A stretch of DNA of 64,000 bases from an uncultured Acidobacteriota bacterium (GCA_963713825.1 CAVQNG010000003.1:96001-160000), one strand, 5' to 3'; positions 38,888-48,126 are shown, numbered from the stretch's first letter. Numbers and translations are program-made. Notes: generated by a model from the sequence alone, not told the origin.

Positions 38888-40057
38888 TCAGCTCAAGAGC
38901 TGACAGAGCTGGGCCGCTGCCACGCCGAGGTAATTGCCAAGGCCGTAGCCGATCAGCGACAGCATGATGGAGACCGGCACGAGCTCTTCGCGGTGAAAAC
39001 CGGCCGCCACCGGCGCCGAGGCTGCCCCACCCACAGAGGCCACGCTTGCGACAGCCGCCATACTCACATCGACCTTGAAGAGGCGCGCTCCGACGATGAT
39101 GAACAGGAAGTGGACGACGATGCAGATCACTCCCGCCAACAGGAACCACTGCGCGCCTGCGAGATTCCTCAGATCGGCCGAGGCGCCGATCATCGTCATG
39201 GAGATGTAGACGAAGGTCATGGCCAGAGGCTCGGTGCCAGGGACTTTCTTGAGCGGCGTGGCCGACAGCAGAATGCCAAAGGTCGTGACAAGGAGCATCG
39301 CCCAGGTCTTTTCGGTGAGTACCGGTGGCAATGCGGGCATTAGCTTGGCCACCATGTTGGCCGCCAGGATGGTCGTGAATCCCCAACCCAGAAGCGTCAG
39401 CAGATCCTTGAAATGCACCTCGTGGCTCTTCTTCTCGACTTCCTGAGTTGCCTCTTCAATGTGCCGTATCTGCTCATCGGAAACATGCGAGAAGCGGTTG
39501 AACTGTTTTGCCCAACGCTTGCAGCTCAGGATGATGGGGAAGTAGAGCACGTAAACGAAGTTGTCGACCAGCACCACCATGCCCACCAGCTCTCCCGGTG
39601 TCTCCAGGCTCTCGGCGACGGCGGCCAGATTGCCCGTTCCTCCGATCCAGCTTCCGGCCAGGGCACCGAAGCCCGACCAGGCGTTCTCCGGCAAGCCACT
39701 CCTGAAGAGGAAGAACGACACCGCGGCGCCAACGACGATGCCGATAGAGCCCAGCACCAGGACGCCGATCCCTCGCCACGCCACCTTGAGGGTCTCCCGA
39801 ATGTTGATGTCCAGGAGCATCAGGACGATGAACATCGGCACCGCCCAGTTCTTGTAGTTGTCGTAGATCGGCGTCGATCGGGGAATGACGTCGAGGTTGC
39901 TCAGGAAGATCGGCGTCAAGAAGATCCAGATGATCGCGGGCAGGTAGTTGAATACCTTCCATTGGGTCTTCTTCTCCAGCCACAGGAAGAACACCGGAAT
40001 CATGGTGATGACTGCCATGACGCCGATGGTGCCTTGAAAAATCGGTTGGCTTTCCAT
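38888..40057 (-). CDS. DUF819-family membrane protein (putative transporter)
   Basis: GSWIGGTGN, ASVGGAASAP, GYGLGNYLG; about 10 TM helices. Confidence 0.88.
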   Translation of the reverse strand: MESQPIFQGTIGVMAVITMIPVFFLWLEKKTQWKVFNYLPAIIWIFLTPIFLSNLDVIPRSTPIYDNYKNWAVPMFIVLMLLDINIRETLKVAWRGIGVLVLGSIGIVVGAAVSFFLFRSGLPENAWSGFGALAGSWIGGTGNLAAVAESLETPGELVGMVVLVDNFVYVLYFPIILSCKRWAKQFNRFSHVSDEQIRHIEEATQEVEKKSHEVHFKDLLTLLGWGFTTILAANMVAKLMPALPPVLTEKTWAMLLVTTFGILLSATPLKKVPGTEPLAMTFVYISMTMIGASADLRNLAGAQWFLLAGVICIVVHFLFIIVGARLFKVDVSMAAVASVASVGGAASAPVAAGFHREELVPVSIMLSLIGYGLGNYLGVAAAQLCQLLS

Positions 40058-40213
40058 GTCGATCAGACCTCTTCTCGAGTCGAGGTGCTCTCGGGGCTCG
40101 CATCACCTGCGGGCACCGCACCCATCAGAATTCTGTACAGCAATCAGACCGCGCCGAGGCTAGCACGACCGCACTTCGCTGAGAACACCAAAGGGCTTCG
40201 GTTCCAAGAAAGT

Positions 40214-40572
40214 GACCCTCTTCTTGTGAGGGTTCGTCCGGGTGGTTCGCAGGGGGACGGCGTCGGCTACTCAGACTGCAATGGGGGGCCGCCACCTCGT
40301 CTCGTCATCGCGCCCCATCTCCTGTGCCCTATCAAGGGCCTTGCGCCGCGCTCGACTCGGCGCCCCCTGTCGAACCACCCGGACGAACCTCGGGCACCAG
40401 AGAAGGGCGTAGGGGCGTAGGGGCGTAGGGGGCGAGCCAGTAATCTGATTCTTGCTGCGTCTCGACGGTGGTAGATCGGGCCATGGGTCTCCCTCGGCGG
40501 AGGGGCATGGTCGGGTGAGGCCGCAGACGAGGGAGATCCCTGGTCCGGATCGGCTATCTCAATCCCTAAGCC
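40214..40572. repeat. Composite intergenic repeat (module B 40229-40391 + (GGGGCGTA)n + module A)
   Basis: Reverse complement of 30092-30465; tandem 8-mers at ~40405-40432. Confidence 0.85.
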
Positions 40573-40622
40573 CTCAAGGATCGGCTGGAGCATGCGACAG
40601 CCGCCTCGACCCCAAGCCCACA

Positions 40623-40676
40623 AAGAACGCCCGGCGGTGAGCCGGGCGCTTCAACCCTCAGGGTGGGCGGGTGGGT
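40623..40676 (-). terminator. Repeated terminator-like element, copy 2 (downstream of aroF)
   Basis: Same hairpin as 24317-24370, immediately after the aroF stop; + strand GGGTGGGCGGGTGGG. Confidence 0.65.
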
Positions 40677-40680
40677 CTTA

Positions 40681-41742
40681 CTAGCAGTTCTTGCCGACCA
40701 GCTGCAAAATGCTCGAAACGTGGTGCTCTACCGGGCTATCCAGGTAGCCACGCCGCTTCAGGTCGGCGAGCAGCTGTTCGAGGGCCTCCGGGCTGAGACT
40801 CTGCGGGCCGTCGCACAGTGCTTCCTCCGCGGCATCGTGAACCTCGACGAGGAGTCCATTGGCACCGGCCGCCATGGCGGATTGCGCCATCGCCGGCACC
40901 CATCGACGGTCTCCTGCCGCATGCGAGGGGTCGGCAATCACCGGCAGATGAGAGGCCTCCCTGACGATCGGGATGGCAGCGATGTCGAAGAGGTAGCGGG
41001 TCTCTGCGCCGCGTGGCGCCACGATGCCCCGTTCGCAGAGCATGACCTGGGAATTGCCTTCCAGCAGGATGTACTCGGCGGCGTTCAACCACTCCTCGAT
41101 CGTGTTGGCTGGGCCCCGTTTCAGCAGGACCGGTCGACCGGATCGCCCAACGCAGCGCAGAATCTCGAAGTTCTGCATGTTCCGCGCACCGACCTGGATG
41201 ACGTCGATCTCGTAGTCGAGGAACAGGTCCAGCGTATTGACGTCCCTGAGCTCGCTGACCACGGCGATCCCGAATCGCTCCCGAGCCTCGGCCAGCAGGG
41301 CCAGCCCTTCCTCTTGCATACCCTGGAACGAGTAGGGACTGCTGCGCGGCTTGAAGGCTCCTCCCCGCATCAGGTTGGCCCCGGCATCCGACACCTTCTC
41401 GGCGATCCTGAGAAGTTGATCCCGGGACTCCACCGCACAGGGCCCGGCCATGATGATGGGCGGATTGGCCCCCCCGATCTTGGCTCCCTGCACTTCGATG
41501 ACCGTGTCTTGCGGTCGGCACTGCCGAGTTACCAACCAATGGCCACCGGTCGGGACTTGCACCGACTCCACCCCCGGCAGGCGCTTGAGCTCTCGCTCGA
41601 GAGACTTTGGGCAACCCGTGAGCACCAGAAAGTTCTGCCCCTGCAGCTTCCGCCATTGGGCTAGGCCACCGGCTGACTCGACCTTGTCGACCACCCTTTT
41701 GGCATCTCGATCGGTATAACCGCTTTTCATCATTACGAGCAT
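40681..41742 (-). CDS. aroF: 3-deoxy-7-phosphoheptulonate (DAHP) synthase, type I-beta, with N-terminal ACT-like domain
   Basis: AGPCAVES, RGGAFKPRSSPYSFQG, QVGARNMQNF, LLKRG, LCERGI, DPSHA; MLVMMK start at 41742. Confidence 0.92.
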   Translation of the reverse strand: MLVMMKSGYTDRDAKRVVDKVESAGGLAQWRKLQGQNFLVLTGCPKSLERELKRLPGVESVQVPTGGHWLVTRQCRPQDTVIEVQGAKIGGANPPIIMAGPCAVESRDQLLRIAEKVSDAGANLMRGGAFKPRSSPYSFQGMQEEGLALLAEARERFGIAVVSELRDVNTLDLFLDYEIDVIQVGARNMQNFEILRCVGRSGRPVLLKRGPANTIEEWLNAAEYILLEGNSQVMLCERGIVAPRGAETRYLFDIAAIPIVREASHLPVIADPSHAAGDRRWVPAMAQSAMAAGANGLLVEVHDAAEEALCDGPQSLSPEALEQLLADLKRRGYLDSPVEHHVSSILQLVGKNC

Positions 41743-41833
41743 GACAATCACCCCAAACCGTTCCTTGCGATGGTCCTGGCAGACGCCATTGGATCTCTTT
41801 GCTAGTCCTCGCCGAGACATTCTCTCTTCAGGA

Positions 41834-42325
41834 TCACGTAGCCTTCCGGTCCGGTGGCACAATGGCCATCGCCTCGATCTCGACCAGAAGATCCTCCCTG
41901 CACAGCGTGACCTGGATGCCGGTGCTGGCGGGGAACGGGTCCAGCTCCTTCTGCTGGTAGAAAGCCATCCTGACTTCGTTGAACGCGTCATAGTCGCGAG
42001 ACATGTCGCGCAGGTAGCAGGTCGTACGTACGACGTCGTGCCAATCGGCTCCTTCGGCCGCCAACAGCGCTTCGATGTTGCGGAAAGTGCGCCAGGACTG
42101 GGCCTCCAGGTCGCCGATGTGAATCGACTCTCCGGCTTCGTTGACGCTGGCTGTACCACTGATGAGGATCAGTGAGTACCCGGGTAACTCGACCCGCAAG
42201 GCCCGCGTGAAAGGTACCGGATTGTCGTAGTCGTAAGCCTCGTTCAGGACTCTGGGCTCTTGGATTTGTCGCTTTTCGAATCGCACCAGGGTGTCCTGCT
42301 CGAGGGTTGTGTCCTTCACTGTCAT
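41834..42325 (-). CDS. Rid/YjgF-family protein resembling the catalytic domain of FkbO/Hyg5 chorismatases
   Basis: FTRA, ISGTAS, HIGDLEAQ, LCREDLLVEIEA; AGGAG RBS. Confidence 0.75.
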   Translation of the reverse strand: MTVKDTTLEQDTLVRFEKRQIQEPRVLNEAYDYDNPVPFTRALRVELPGYSLILISGTASVNEAGESIHIGDLEAQSWRTFRNIEALLAAEGADWHDVVRTTCYLRDMSRDYDAFNEVRMAFYQQKELDPFPASTGIQVTLCREDLLVEIEAMAIVPPDRKAT

Positions 42326-42344
42326 GGTCAATTCTCCTGTGGTC

Positions 42345-42848
42345 CTACCCAACCGATGTGTCCAGACTCCGGTTGGCTTGTATTCCAGTCAAAGGCGATG
42401 TCGCTCCGACCGTCAGGGTCGACTCCAACGCCTGTCGCTTCTCCTGATCCGCCTCCACGACATCCATCAACGAGATGCCTTTCATGCTCTCGCGAAAGGA
42501 CTCGCAGATCTCTTTCCATGTGTCGTGGATCGGGCATTTCGTTTCATCCGCGCAAGGGCTCAAACCGAGAAGGCAGTCTCCCTCCGGCCTGGGTCCTTCC
42601 ACCGCTCGGACCAACGTATAGAGACTGGTCTCGGTCGGGGAGCAATTGAGCTCGAACCCACCGTTGGGGCCTTTGGCGGAGGTGAGGAGGCCTTTCTTGG
42701 TCAGGTCCTGGAGGATCTTCGAAAGAAATGCCTGCGGAATGGACAGCTCCTCCGAGATCTCGCGTGCCTGCGCTCGGGCGCCGGGCTCCATATGGGCAAG
42801 ATGGCAGACAGCCCGGATAGCGTATTTCGTTGCTGTGCTCTGAATCAT
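42345..42848 (-). CDS. Rrf2-family Fe-S transcriptional regulator
   Basis: YAIRA, FLSKILQDL, KGPNGGF, CLLGLSPCADETKCPIH. Confidence 0.92.
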   Translation of the reverse strand: MIQSTATKYAIRAVCHLAHMEPGARAQAREISEELSIPQAFLSKILQDLTKKGLLTSAKGPNGGFELNCSPTETSLYTLVRAVEGPRPEGDCLLGLSPCADETKCPIHDTWKEICESFRESMKGISLMDVVEADQEKRQALESTLTVGATSPLTGIQANRSLDTSVG

Positions 42849-43038
42849 CGGCCTGCCTTGGTGACGCCCCTGCTCTCCGCCCTCTCCTGTTTCAATTTCT
42901 GACGCTCTCGACTTGGCTTTCCCCCAGACTTGTCGAGGCCCAGACTCAGCTTTGCAAAATCGAAGCCAAGAAAACTACCCTAGGGAGCACCGGTAGTTGT
43001 GGTGATTTCTGGACTCTGGGATCGATTCTCTTCAAAAT

Positions 43039-43066
43039 TTCGGATAAGCCGATCCAAATATCCGAA
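43039..43066. promoter_or_regulatory. Candidate Rrf2 operator (inverted repeat)
   Basis: TTCGGATA-N12-TATCCGAA in the AT-rich region ~190 bp upstream of the Rrf2 gene. Confidence 0.45.
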
Positions 43067-43123
43067 TTAGGATACCAGGCTGCCGTTCTCCGACTCAACT
43101 GCCGGCTTCCAGCAGTCGCTGCT

Positions 43124-44398
43124 CTATCGAATCTGTAGGTAGCCGAAAACAAGAAAGAGTCCCAGAGTCCCGAGCAGCGCGATCCTCGCCAAAGGGCCGT
43201 TTCTGAGCGCTCCCATCGACTCACGACGACCGTTGAGAACCAACAGAGCCAAGGCCAGCATCGGTACGAAGAGCGCTCCCAGGACCGCATACACCAGCTG
43301 GATGCGGACGAAGCTGCTGAACAGACCCGCAATCGAGGCGAGTCCCAGCGCGACGAGGAATGCCCGGTAAGGCAACCGACCTGTATCCACCTGCTCCACC
43401 CTGTCTTCCTTCGATGCGGCGAGCAGTCGCCAGAGGTCGGCAAACAGATAGGGAACGGATTGCCAAACCCCCAACAGGCTGCTGGCCACGGCGCACCAGG
43501 CACCGATCAGGAAGAAGGCTCTTCCGAACGGCCCGAGAGCTTCACCCAACCGATTGGCGAGATCGACCAGCAAGGTCGCCCCTCCCCCTTCTACCTGGAC
43601 TGTCGAACCGACGATTACCATGCCGATTCCGAAGACCGCAGTGGCCGCATATCCCGTCGCCAGGTCCCACCGACACAGTCGCAGAGCTTCCGGCCCCTCT
43701 CGACCCACTTCGCGGATCCAATATCCGTAGCATAGGAGCGTGACCGTTCCTCCGACTCCGCCGAGCAGCGCCACAGTCATCAGCAACCCTCCCTCGCCGA
43801 CCAGCGGAATCGACGGAACCAAGGCTCCACGAACCACCGCTGAAAGATCGGGCCGCAGTGCCACCGCTGTGGTGATCACGGTGACGAACAGTAGCCCGAT
43901 CGAGATACCCATGACCCGCTCGAACAAGCGAAATCCCCCGACGAGAACCAGAATCACACCCGCCAGGCTGTGCGCCACACCGAATACGACCTTGCCTGTC
44001 ATGGGGTCCGAAAAAATCGGCGCCAAGGCATGTGCCGTGACTCCGCAGGCACTCACCAGAGCCCGCCCCACGGCGAAGCTCCAGACCAGCAGATAGGCGA
44101 GGAAGAAATAAGAGGCGGGTCGGCCGAGGTACCGAACAGCCCCTTCGAGCAACGTCGTCCCGGTTGCCAGCTGCCATCGGGCGAGGCCTTCGTTCAGGAC
44201 GTACTTGAGAGCCGCCCCCACGAGCACTGCCCACAGAACAACCAGACCAAGGCGACTGCCGACGATACTGGCTGTCGCCAGGTCTCCTGCTCCGACTCCG
44301 GTCGCCGCTACAAGCAGACCAGGGCCCACGAAGGCCAGCGGGTTGAACCGCCGCGATCGCGGCGGTCTTTGTGAAGGGTGTGCCGGCTTCGAGCCCAT
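43124..44398 (-). CDS. Nramp/MntH-like (APC superfamily) transporter
   Basis: GPGLLVAATGVGAGDL, NEGLARWQLATG, GGVGGTVTLLCYGYW; about 11 TM helices. Confidence 0.85.
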   Translation of the reverse strand: MGSKPAHPSQRPPRSRRFNPLAFVGPGLLVAATGVGAGDLATASIVGSRLGLVVLWAVLVGAALKYVLNEGLARWQLATGTTLLEGAVRYLGRPASYFFLAYLLVWSFAVGRALVSACGVTAHALAPIFSDPMTGKVVFGVAHSLAGVILVLVGGFRLFERVMGISIGLLFVTVITTAVALRPDLSAVVRGALVPSIPLVGEGGLLMTVALLGGVGGTVTLLCYGYWIREVGREGPEALRLCRWDLATGYAATAVFGIGMVIVGSTVQVEGGGATLLVDLANRLGEALGPFGRAFFLIGAWCAVASSLLGVWQSVPYLFADLWRLLAASKEDRVEQVDTGRLPYRAFLVALGLASIAGLFSSFVRIQLVYAVLGALFVPMLALALLVLNGRRESMGALRNGPLARIALLGTLGLFLVFGYLQIR

Positions 44399-44444
44399 CC
44401 TTCGGATCTTACTTCTCAGGGTCGGGCGACGAACGACGACAGTG

Positions 44445-44843
44445 CTATCGAATCAGGGACCAGAAGACGCCGAAGATACCGATGAAACCGATCACCACGT
44501 ACACCACAACGGTCCAGGTCCCCGGATCCGGTGACAGCATCTCGGCTGTGAATCCTTGGAGGAAGACGCCCAGGAGGCCCGCTCCCAGAAACTGGAACAG
44601 GACGTTCTTTCGATTTCGGAATTCGGTGTGAAGCCGATGGGCCGCGTATTGAACGTCTTTCTGTAGGACCAGGGCGTGCCTACGGGACCTGGCCGTATCC
44701 ACCGACTCGCGAATCAGCTGGCCGCCATAGTCCCGAATCTGCTTCACCGCGAAGTCGCGAGCGTGCTCGTGGAACTTGAGCTCGGGCTCCTCGCTGGCAG
44801 GCTGAGCAGTGGAATGCAGTTCCTCTTCGACCATGGGGTTCAC
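44445..44843 (-). CDS. Putative histone-fold (alpha2-L2-alpha3) protein with two C-terminal TM helices (start may be ATG 44834)
   Basis: KFHEHARDFAVKQIRDYGGQLIRESVDTARSRRHALVLQKDVQYAAHRL aligns without gaps, by eye, to archaeal HMf L1-alpha2-L2-alpha3; followed by two hydrophobic helices; GTGA overlap with the upstream gene. Confidence 0.6.
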   Translation of the reverse strand: MNPMVEEELHSTAQPASEEPELKFHEHARDFAVKQIRDYGGQLIRESVDTARSRRHALVLQKDVQYAAHRLHTEFRNRKNVLFQFLGAGLLGVFLQGFTAEMLSPDPGTWTVVVYVVIGFIGIFGVFWSLIR

Positions 44844-46231
44844 ACCTCGTAGCTACTGGGATAGGTAGACCTGGCCTTCAAATCCTCGGCCAGCTCGCTC
44901 AGGGCCTGTCTGACAATCGACCGCTCATCGGGAGTCAGAGATCTCGGCAGCTTCAAGCCGCCCGCAACCTGCACCAGGGTAAGCCCGAGACCGATCAAGA
45001 GCACCATCGCCAAGCTGAATAGGGTGATGGCGATGACTTCGCTTCGCGCCGTCCACGGGGTCGGCAGCACTCGCACGAACAGCGCTCCGACACTCGAGAC
45101 CAGCAACATCATGATCAGGCTGAAAACGACTGCGGCCCGGTTGGTGGGCGCATGCAAGAAGAGGCTAACCTGCTTGCCGGCGTCCACCAGAGTGTGGCTC
45201 ACCGACTCCACGGAGAGGGTATGGGGTCGCCTGCCGATGATGTTGATCAGCGAGCCGACAAGATCCATGAGTGACAGATCGGCCTCGATGCCCTCGGTCT
45301 CCTCGACCTCCACGCGCCGCTTGGCGATCTCATCCAGGATGATCTTGCTGGGTGGGGGGGGGTCGCCAACGAAATCGGCCATCTGTGAAACACGGCAGCC
45401 AGCCTCGATCAAAGGACGCACATCGACGCCCGTGGTGACCCCGATGCTGTCGAACATCGCCACGAGTTCCTCGGTCGCGACGTTCCCAATGGAGTGCCGG
45501 ACGGTGATGGCTCCTCCAATACCGCCGATCGAGGCGTCGAAGATACGGACACCGGCCTTGTAAGCCACAAACGCGTTGGTCACTCCTAGACCACGGCGGT
45601 CGTGGAGGTGAACACCGATGTGATCGAGACCCAGTTGCTGTGAAACGTGCCCGACGACACGCTCGATGTCGTTGGGTGTCGCCAGGCCATCCGTATCTGA
45701 GAGAGCGACCATCTCGCATCCCATCTCGATCAGACTCTGACTGATCTCGCTCACCTGACCAGCCGGCATCAGGCCATCCCTCTGACTCCTGTCGCGGAAG
45801 GCATAGGACAGATAGCCGCGCAATCGATAGCCGTCGGCCGCGGCCGCAGCCGCCACCTTGGCGGCGGCTTCGAGCGACTCCGCGACGCTCATGTGTGTGT
45901 TCTTCTGCGCATACTCCTCGGACGCCGAGACGAACAGTGCCACGGTGTTGACCCTCTCCGCCTCTCGCAACAGTTCGTAGTACTCGAGAGTTGGAGCCAG
46001 GGCGGCAATCTGGCCGTCATACGGGGGCAAACGTCGGAGTACCTCGGCGGTGTCCTGCATGGCTGGAACCACACGGGGGTTCACGAAGGAGCCCACTTCG
46101 ATGTAGGGCACACCGCTGCGCACCAGTGCTTCCGCCAATTGGAGACGTGCTTCCAAGGGAATCACCGCATGGCGGTTGAGGATCTGCATCCCGTCCCGTA
46201 GTGACACGTCACAGATCTTGACTTCGAACAT
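44840..46231 (-). CDS. Divergent HMG-CoA lyase-like (DRE-TIM) domain fused to a C-terminal 2-TM region (start may be GTG 46270)
   Basis: DVSLRDGMQ, IEVGSFVNP...VPAMQD, LSDTDG, HLHD, GNVATEELV; extra ~170-aa tail with two TM helices. Confidence 0.8.
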   Translation of the reverse strand: MFEVKICDVSLRDGMQILNRHAVIPLEARLQLAEALVRSGVPYIEVGSFVNPRVVPAMQDTAEVLRRLPPYDGQIAALAPTLEYYELLREAERVNTVALFVSASEEYAQKNTHMSVAESLEAAAKVAAAAAADGYRLRGYLSYAFRDRSQRDGLMPAGQVSEISQSLIEMGCEMVALSDTDGLATPNDIERVVGHVSQQLGLDHIGVHLHDRRGLGVTNAFVAYKAGVRIFDASIGGIGGAITVRHSIGNVATEELVAMFDSIGVTTGVDVRPLIEAGCRVSQMADFVGDPPPPSKIILDEIAKRRVEVEETEGIEADLSLMDLVGSLINIIGRRPHTLSVESVSHTLVDAGKQVSLFLHAPTNRAAVVFSLIMMLLVSSVGALFVRVLPTPWTARSEVIAITLFSLAMVLLIGLGLTLVQVAGGLKLPRSLTPDERSIVRQALSELAEDLKARSTYPSSYEV

Positions 46232-46380
46232 GGTCTCTTGGTTTCCGGCCTCGTGGTCCGTGCGTTGCACGTTTATCGTCTCACAATCACGCAGTGGTCG
46301 CTGTGAAGACTTTGGGAGTCGGTCGCCAGAGGAGCTCCACCTGGGAAACGGCCTCAGAAGCTGATAGGAATATCGGCAGC

Positions 46381-47694
46381 ATGCTCAACGCTCGCCGCTC
46401 GTTCCGGGCTTGGAGTCCTTGGCCCTTCCTTGCACTCTGGACGGCCCTGTGCCTGCCGAACCTGGCGCTGGCGGCTGAGGAAGAAACCAAGGTCCTGCCT
46501 TCCAGGGTCGATCTCCAGGCTCTCTACGAGAGTCGAGATTTCTTTTCTCTACGCGATCGACTCACAAGCCGCCCCGAGGGTGAGATACAAGATCCTGAGA
46601 ATCGTTTTTTCGCCGCAGCGGTCGAGCTGGCCTTCAACGACCCGGCCGCCTCGATTCGGATTGCCGAGTCCACAATCGAGGCAGAGGATCTGCCGCCCCT
46701 GGTCGCCCTCAGACTGCATCACCTGAGGGTGACCGCCTATCTGCGCCTCCACAGGTATGGCGAGGCGCTTGCAGCGGCCCGCACTCTCTTGAGCTCACCG
46801 GTCCGGCAAGAGGAACCAGCTATCGAACAGGAGGTCCGCGGCACCCTGCCTCTCCTCGAAGCTCTGAAAGAGGCCCCGCCGCAGGAAGCCCTGATACGCC
46901 GCTCGAGCCGCCTGGCGCTGGGAAAATCCCGCCGCGTACCGCTGAGAATCGGCGACAAGAAACGCCAGTTCTCTCTCGACACCGGCGCCAACTTCTCCGT
47001 CATCATGGCCTCTGAGGCCGAGGCATTGGGTCTGACCATCAGGCCGGCAGGGGTTGAGGTCGCCACCTCGACAGGCGCCAAGGTTCTGGCGGACGTGGCC
47101 GTAGCCAAACAGATGTCCATAGGGAAGATCGACTACACCAACGTCGTGTTCCTCGTTTTCCCGGACGAGCTCCTCACCTTCCCGGACGGCCACCGGATCC
47201 CGGGGCTGATTGGATTCCCGGTCGTCGAGGCCATGGGAGAGATTCGCTTCCGTCGCGATGACGTCATGGAGATCCCCTCGAGGCCGCCCGTTCGCAAGTT
47301 GGGAAACCTGGCCCTCGCCGGCCTGGACCCCCTGGTACAGATTCGTTACAGCGGCGACGACCTGGTCTGTCGCCTCGATACCGGTGCCAACAAGACCGTC
47401 TTCTATGAGCCGTTCTATCAGCGGTACCGCGAGCGCCTGGATGCGCTCGGGAGAAAAGTCACGGTCACCACAGGCGGAGTCGGTGGCTTCCAGGAGATAC
47501 CCGCCCTCCAGCTGCCACGGCTCGCAATGACCATCGCAGCCGGAGGTACAAACCTGCGGGATGTGGATGTATACCTTCGCCCGATTCGGGCACCGGAGGA
47601 GAACTACCTCTATTGCAACATCGGGCTGGACGTGTTGCACCGATTCAGTGCCTACGTCGTCAACTTTCGCGACATGGCACTGGTCCTGGAGTGA
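46381..47694 (+). CDS. Exported tandem retropepsin-like aspartyl protease with TPR-like N-terminus
   Basis: Signal peptide; two LDTGA motifs; GLIGFP and NIGLDVL closing motifs. Confidence 0.85.
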   Translation: MLNARRSFRAWSPWPFLALWTALCLPNLALAAEEETKVLPSRVDLQALYESRDFFSLRDRLTSRPEGEIQDPENRFFAAAVELAFNDPAASIRIAESTIEAEDLPPLVALRLHHLRVTAYLRLHRYGEALAAARTLLSSPVRQEEPAIEQEVRGTLPLLEALKEAPPQEALIRRSSRLALGKSRRVPLRIGDKKRQFSLDTGANFSVIMASEAEALGLTIRPAGVEVATSTGAKVLADVAVAKQMSIGKIDYTNVVFLVFPDELLTFPDGHRIPGLIGFPVVEAMGEIRFRRDDVMEIPSRPPVRKLGNLALAGLDPLVQIRYSGDDLVCRLDTGANKTVFYEPFYQRYRERLDALGRKVTVTTGGVGGFQEIPALQLPRLAMTIAAGGTNLRDVDVYLRPIRAPEENYLYCNIGLDVLHRFSAYVVNFRDMALVLE

Positions 47695-47706
47695 TTTGGC
47701 CCAGGG

Positions 47707-48126
47707 CTACTCGACTGCCACGATCTTGATATCGAAGTTCAGCGCCTCACCGGCCAGGGGATGGTTGAAGTCGAGGACAATCTTGTCCTCGCCCACCTCG
47801 TGCACGCGGATCGGCTGCTGATTGCCTTCCGGATCGCTGGCGACAAGCATGGTGCCTACCGTCCGGGCGTCCTCCGGCACCAGATCTGGCTCGACATCCT
47901 GGAACCCGTCGGGGTCGACCAGGCCATAGCCCTCTTCTGCCGTCAACACGACCTTCTTCGTGTCCCCGACTTCGAGGCCGATCAGCGCCTCCTCGAGGGC
48001 GGGCAGGATCTCCTGCTGGCCCTGGCTGTAGACAAGCGCCTCACTGCCCACGTTGGTGTCCGCGGTCTCGCCATCGTCCAGAGTGAGCGTGTACTCGATA
48101 GAAACTGTGCTGCCTTCTTCAATCAC
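47707..48126 (-). CDS. slyD: FKBP-type peptidyl-prolyl isomerase (SlyD-like, no His tail)
   Basis: VSIEYTL, ILPALEEAL, LDFNHPLAG; GTG after AAGGAG. Confidence 0.88.
   Translation of the reverse strand: MIEEGSTVSIEYTLTLDDGETADTNVGSEALVYSQGQQEILPALEEALIGLEVGDTKKVVLTAEEGYGLVDPDGFQDVEPDLVPEDARTVGTMLVASDPEGNQQPIRVHEVGEDKIVLDFNHPLAGEALNFDIKIVAVE

Noticed and set aside
38567-39343. 258-aa + strand ORF, and similar long alternative-frame ORFs across the window
   Set aside because: Antisense or out-of-frame shadows typical of high-GC DNA, overlapping well-supported genes or repeats.
30288-40391. Repeat module B as an HDV-like ribozyme or CRISPR
   Set aside because: GCC-ACCTCGT lacks the complementary P3 strand; the copies are dispersed, with no repeat-spacer periodicity and no cas genes.
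41743-42159. N-terminal extension of the aroF ORF suggesting a fusion
   Set aside because: It overlaps the Rid gene in another frame; the DAHP synthase begins at 41742.
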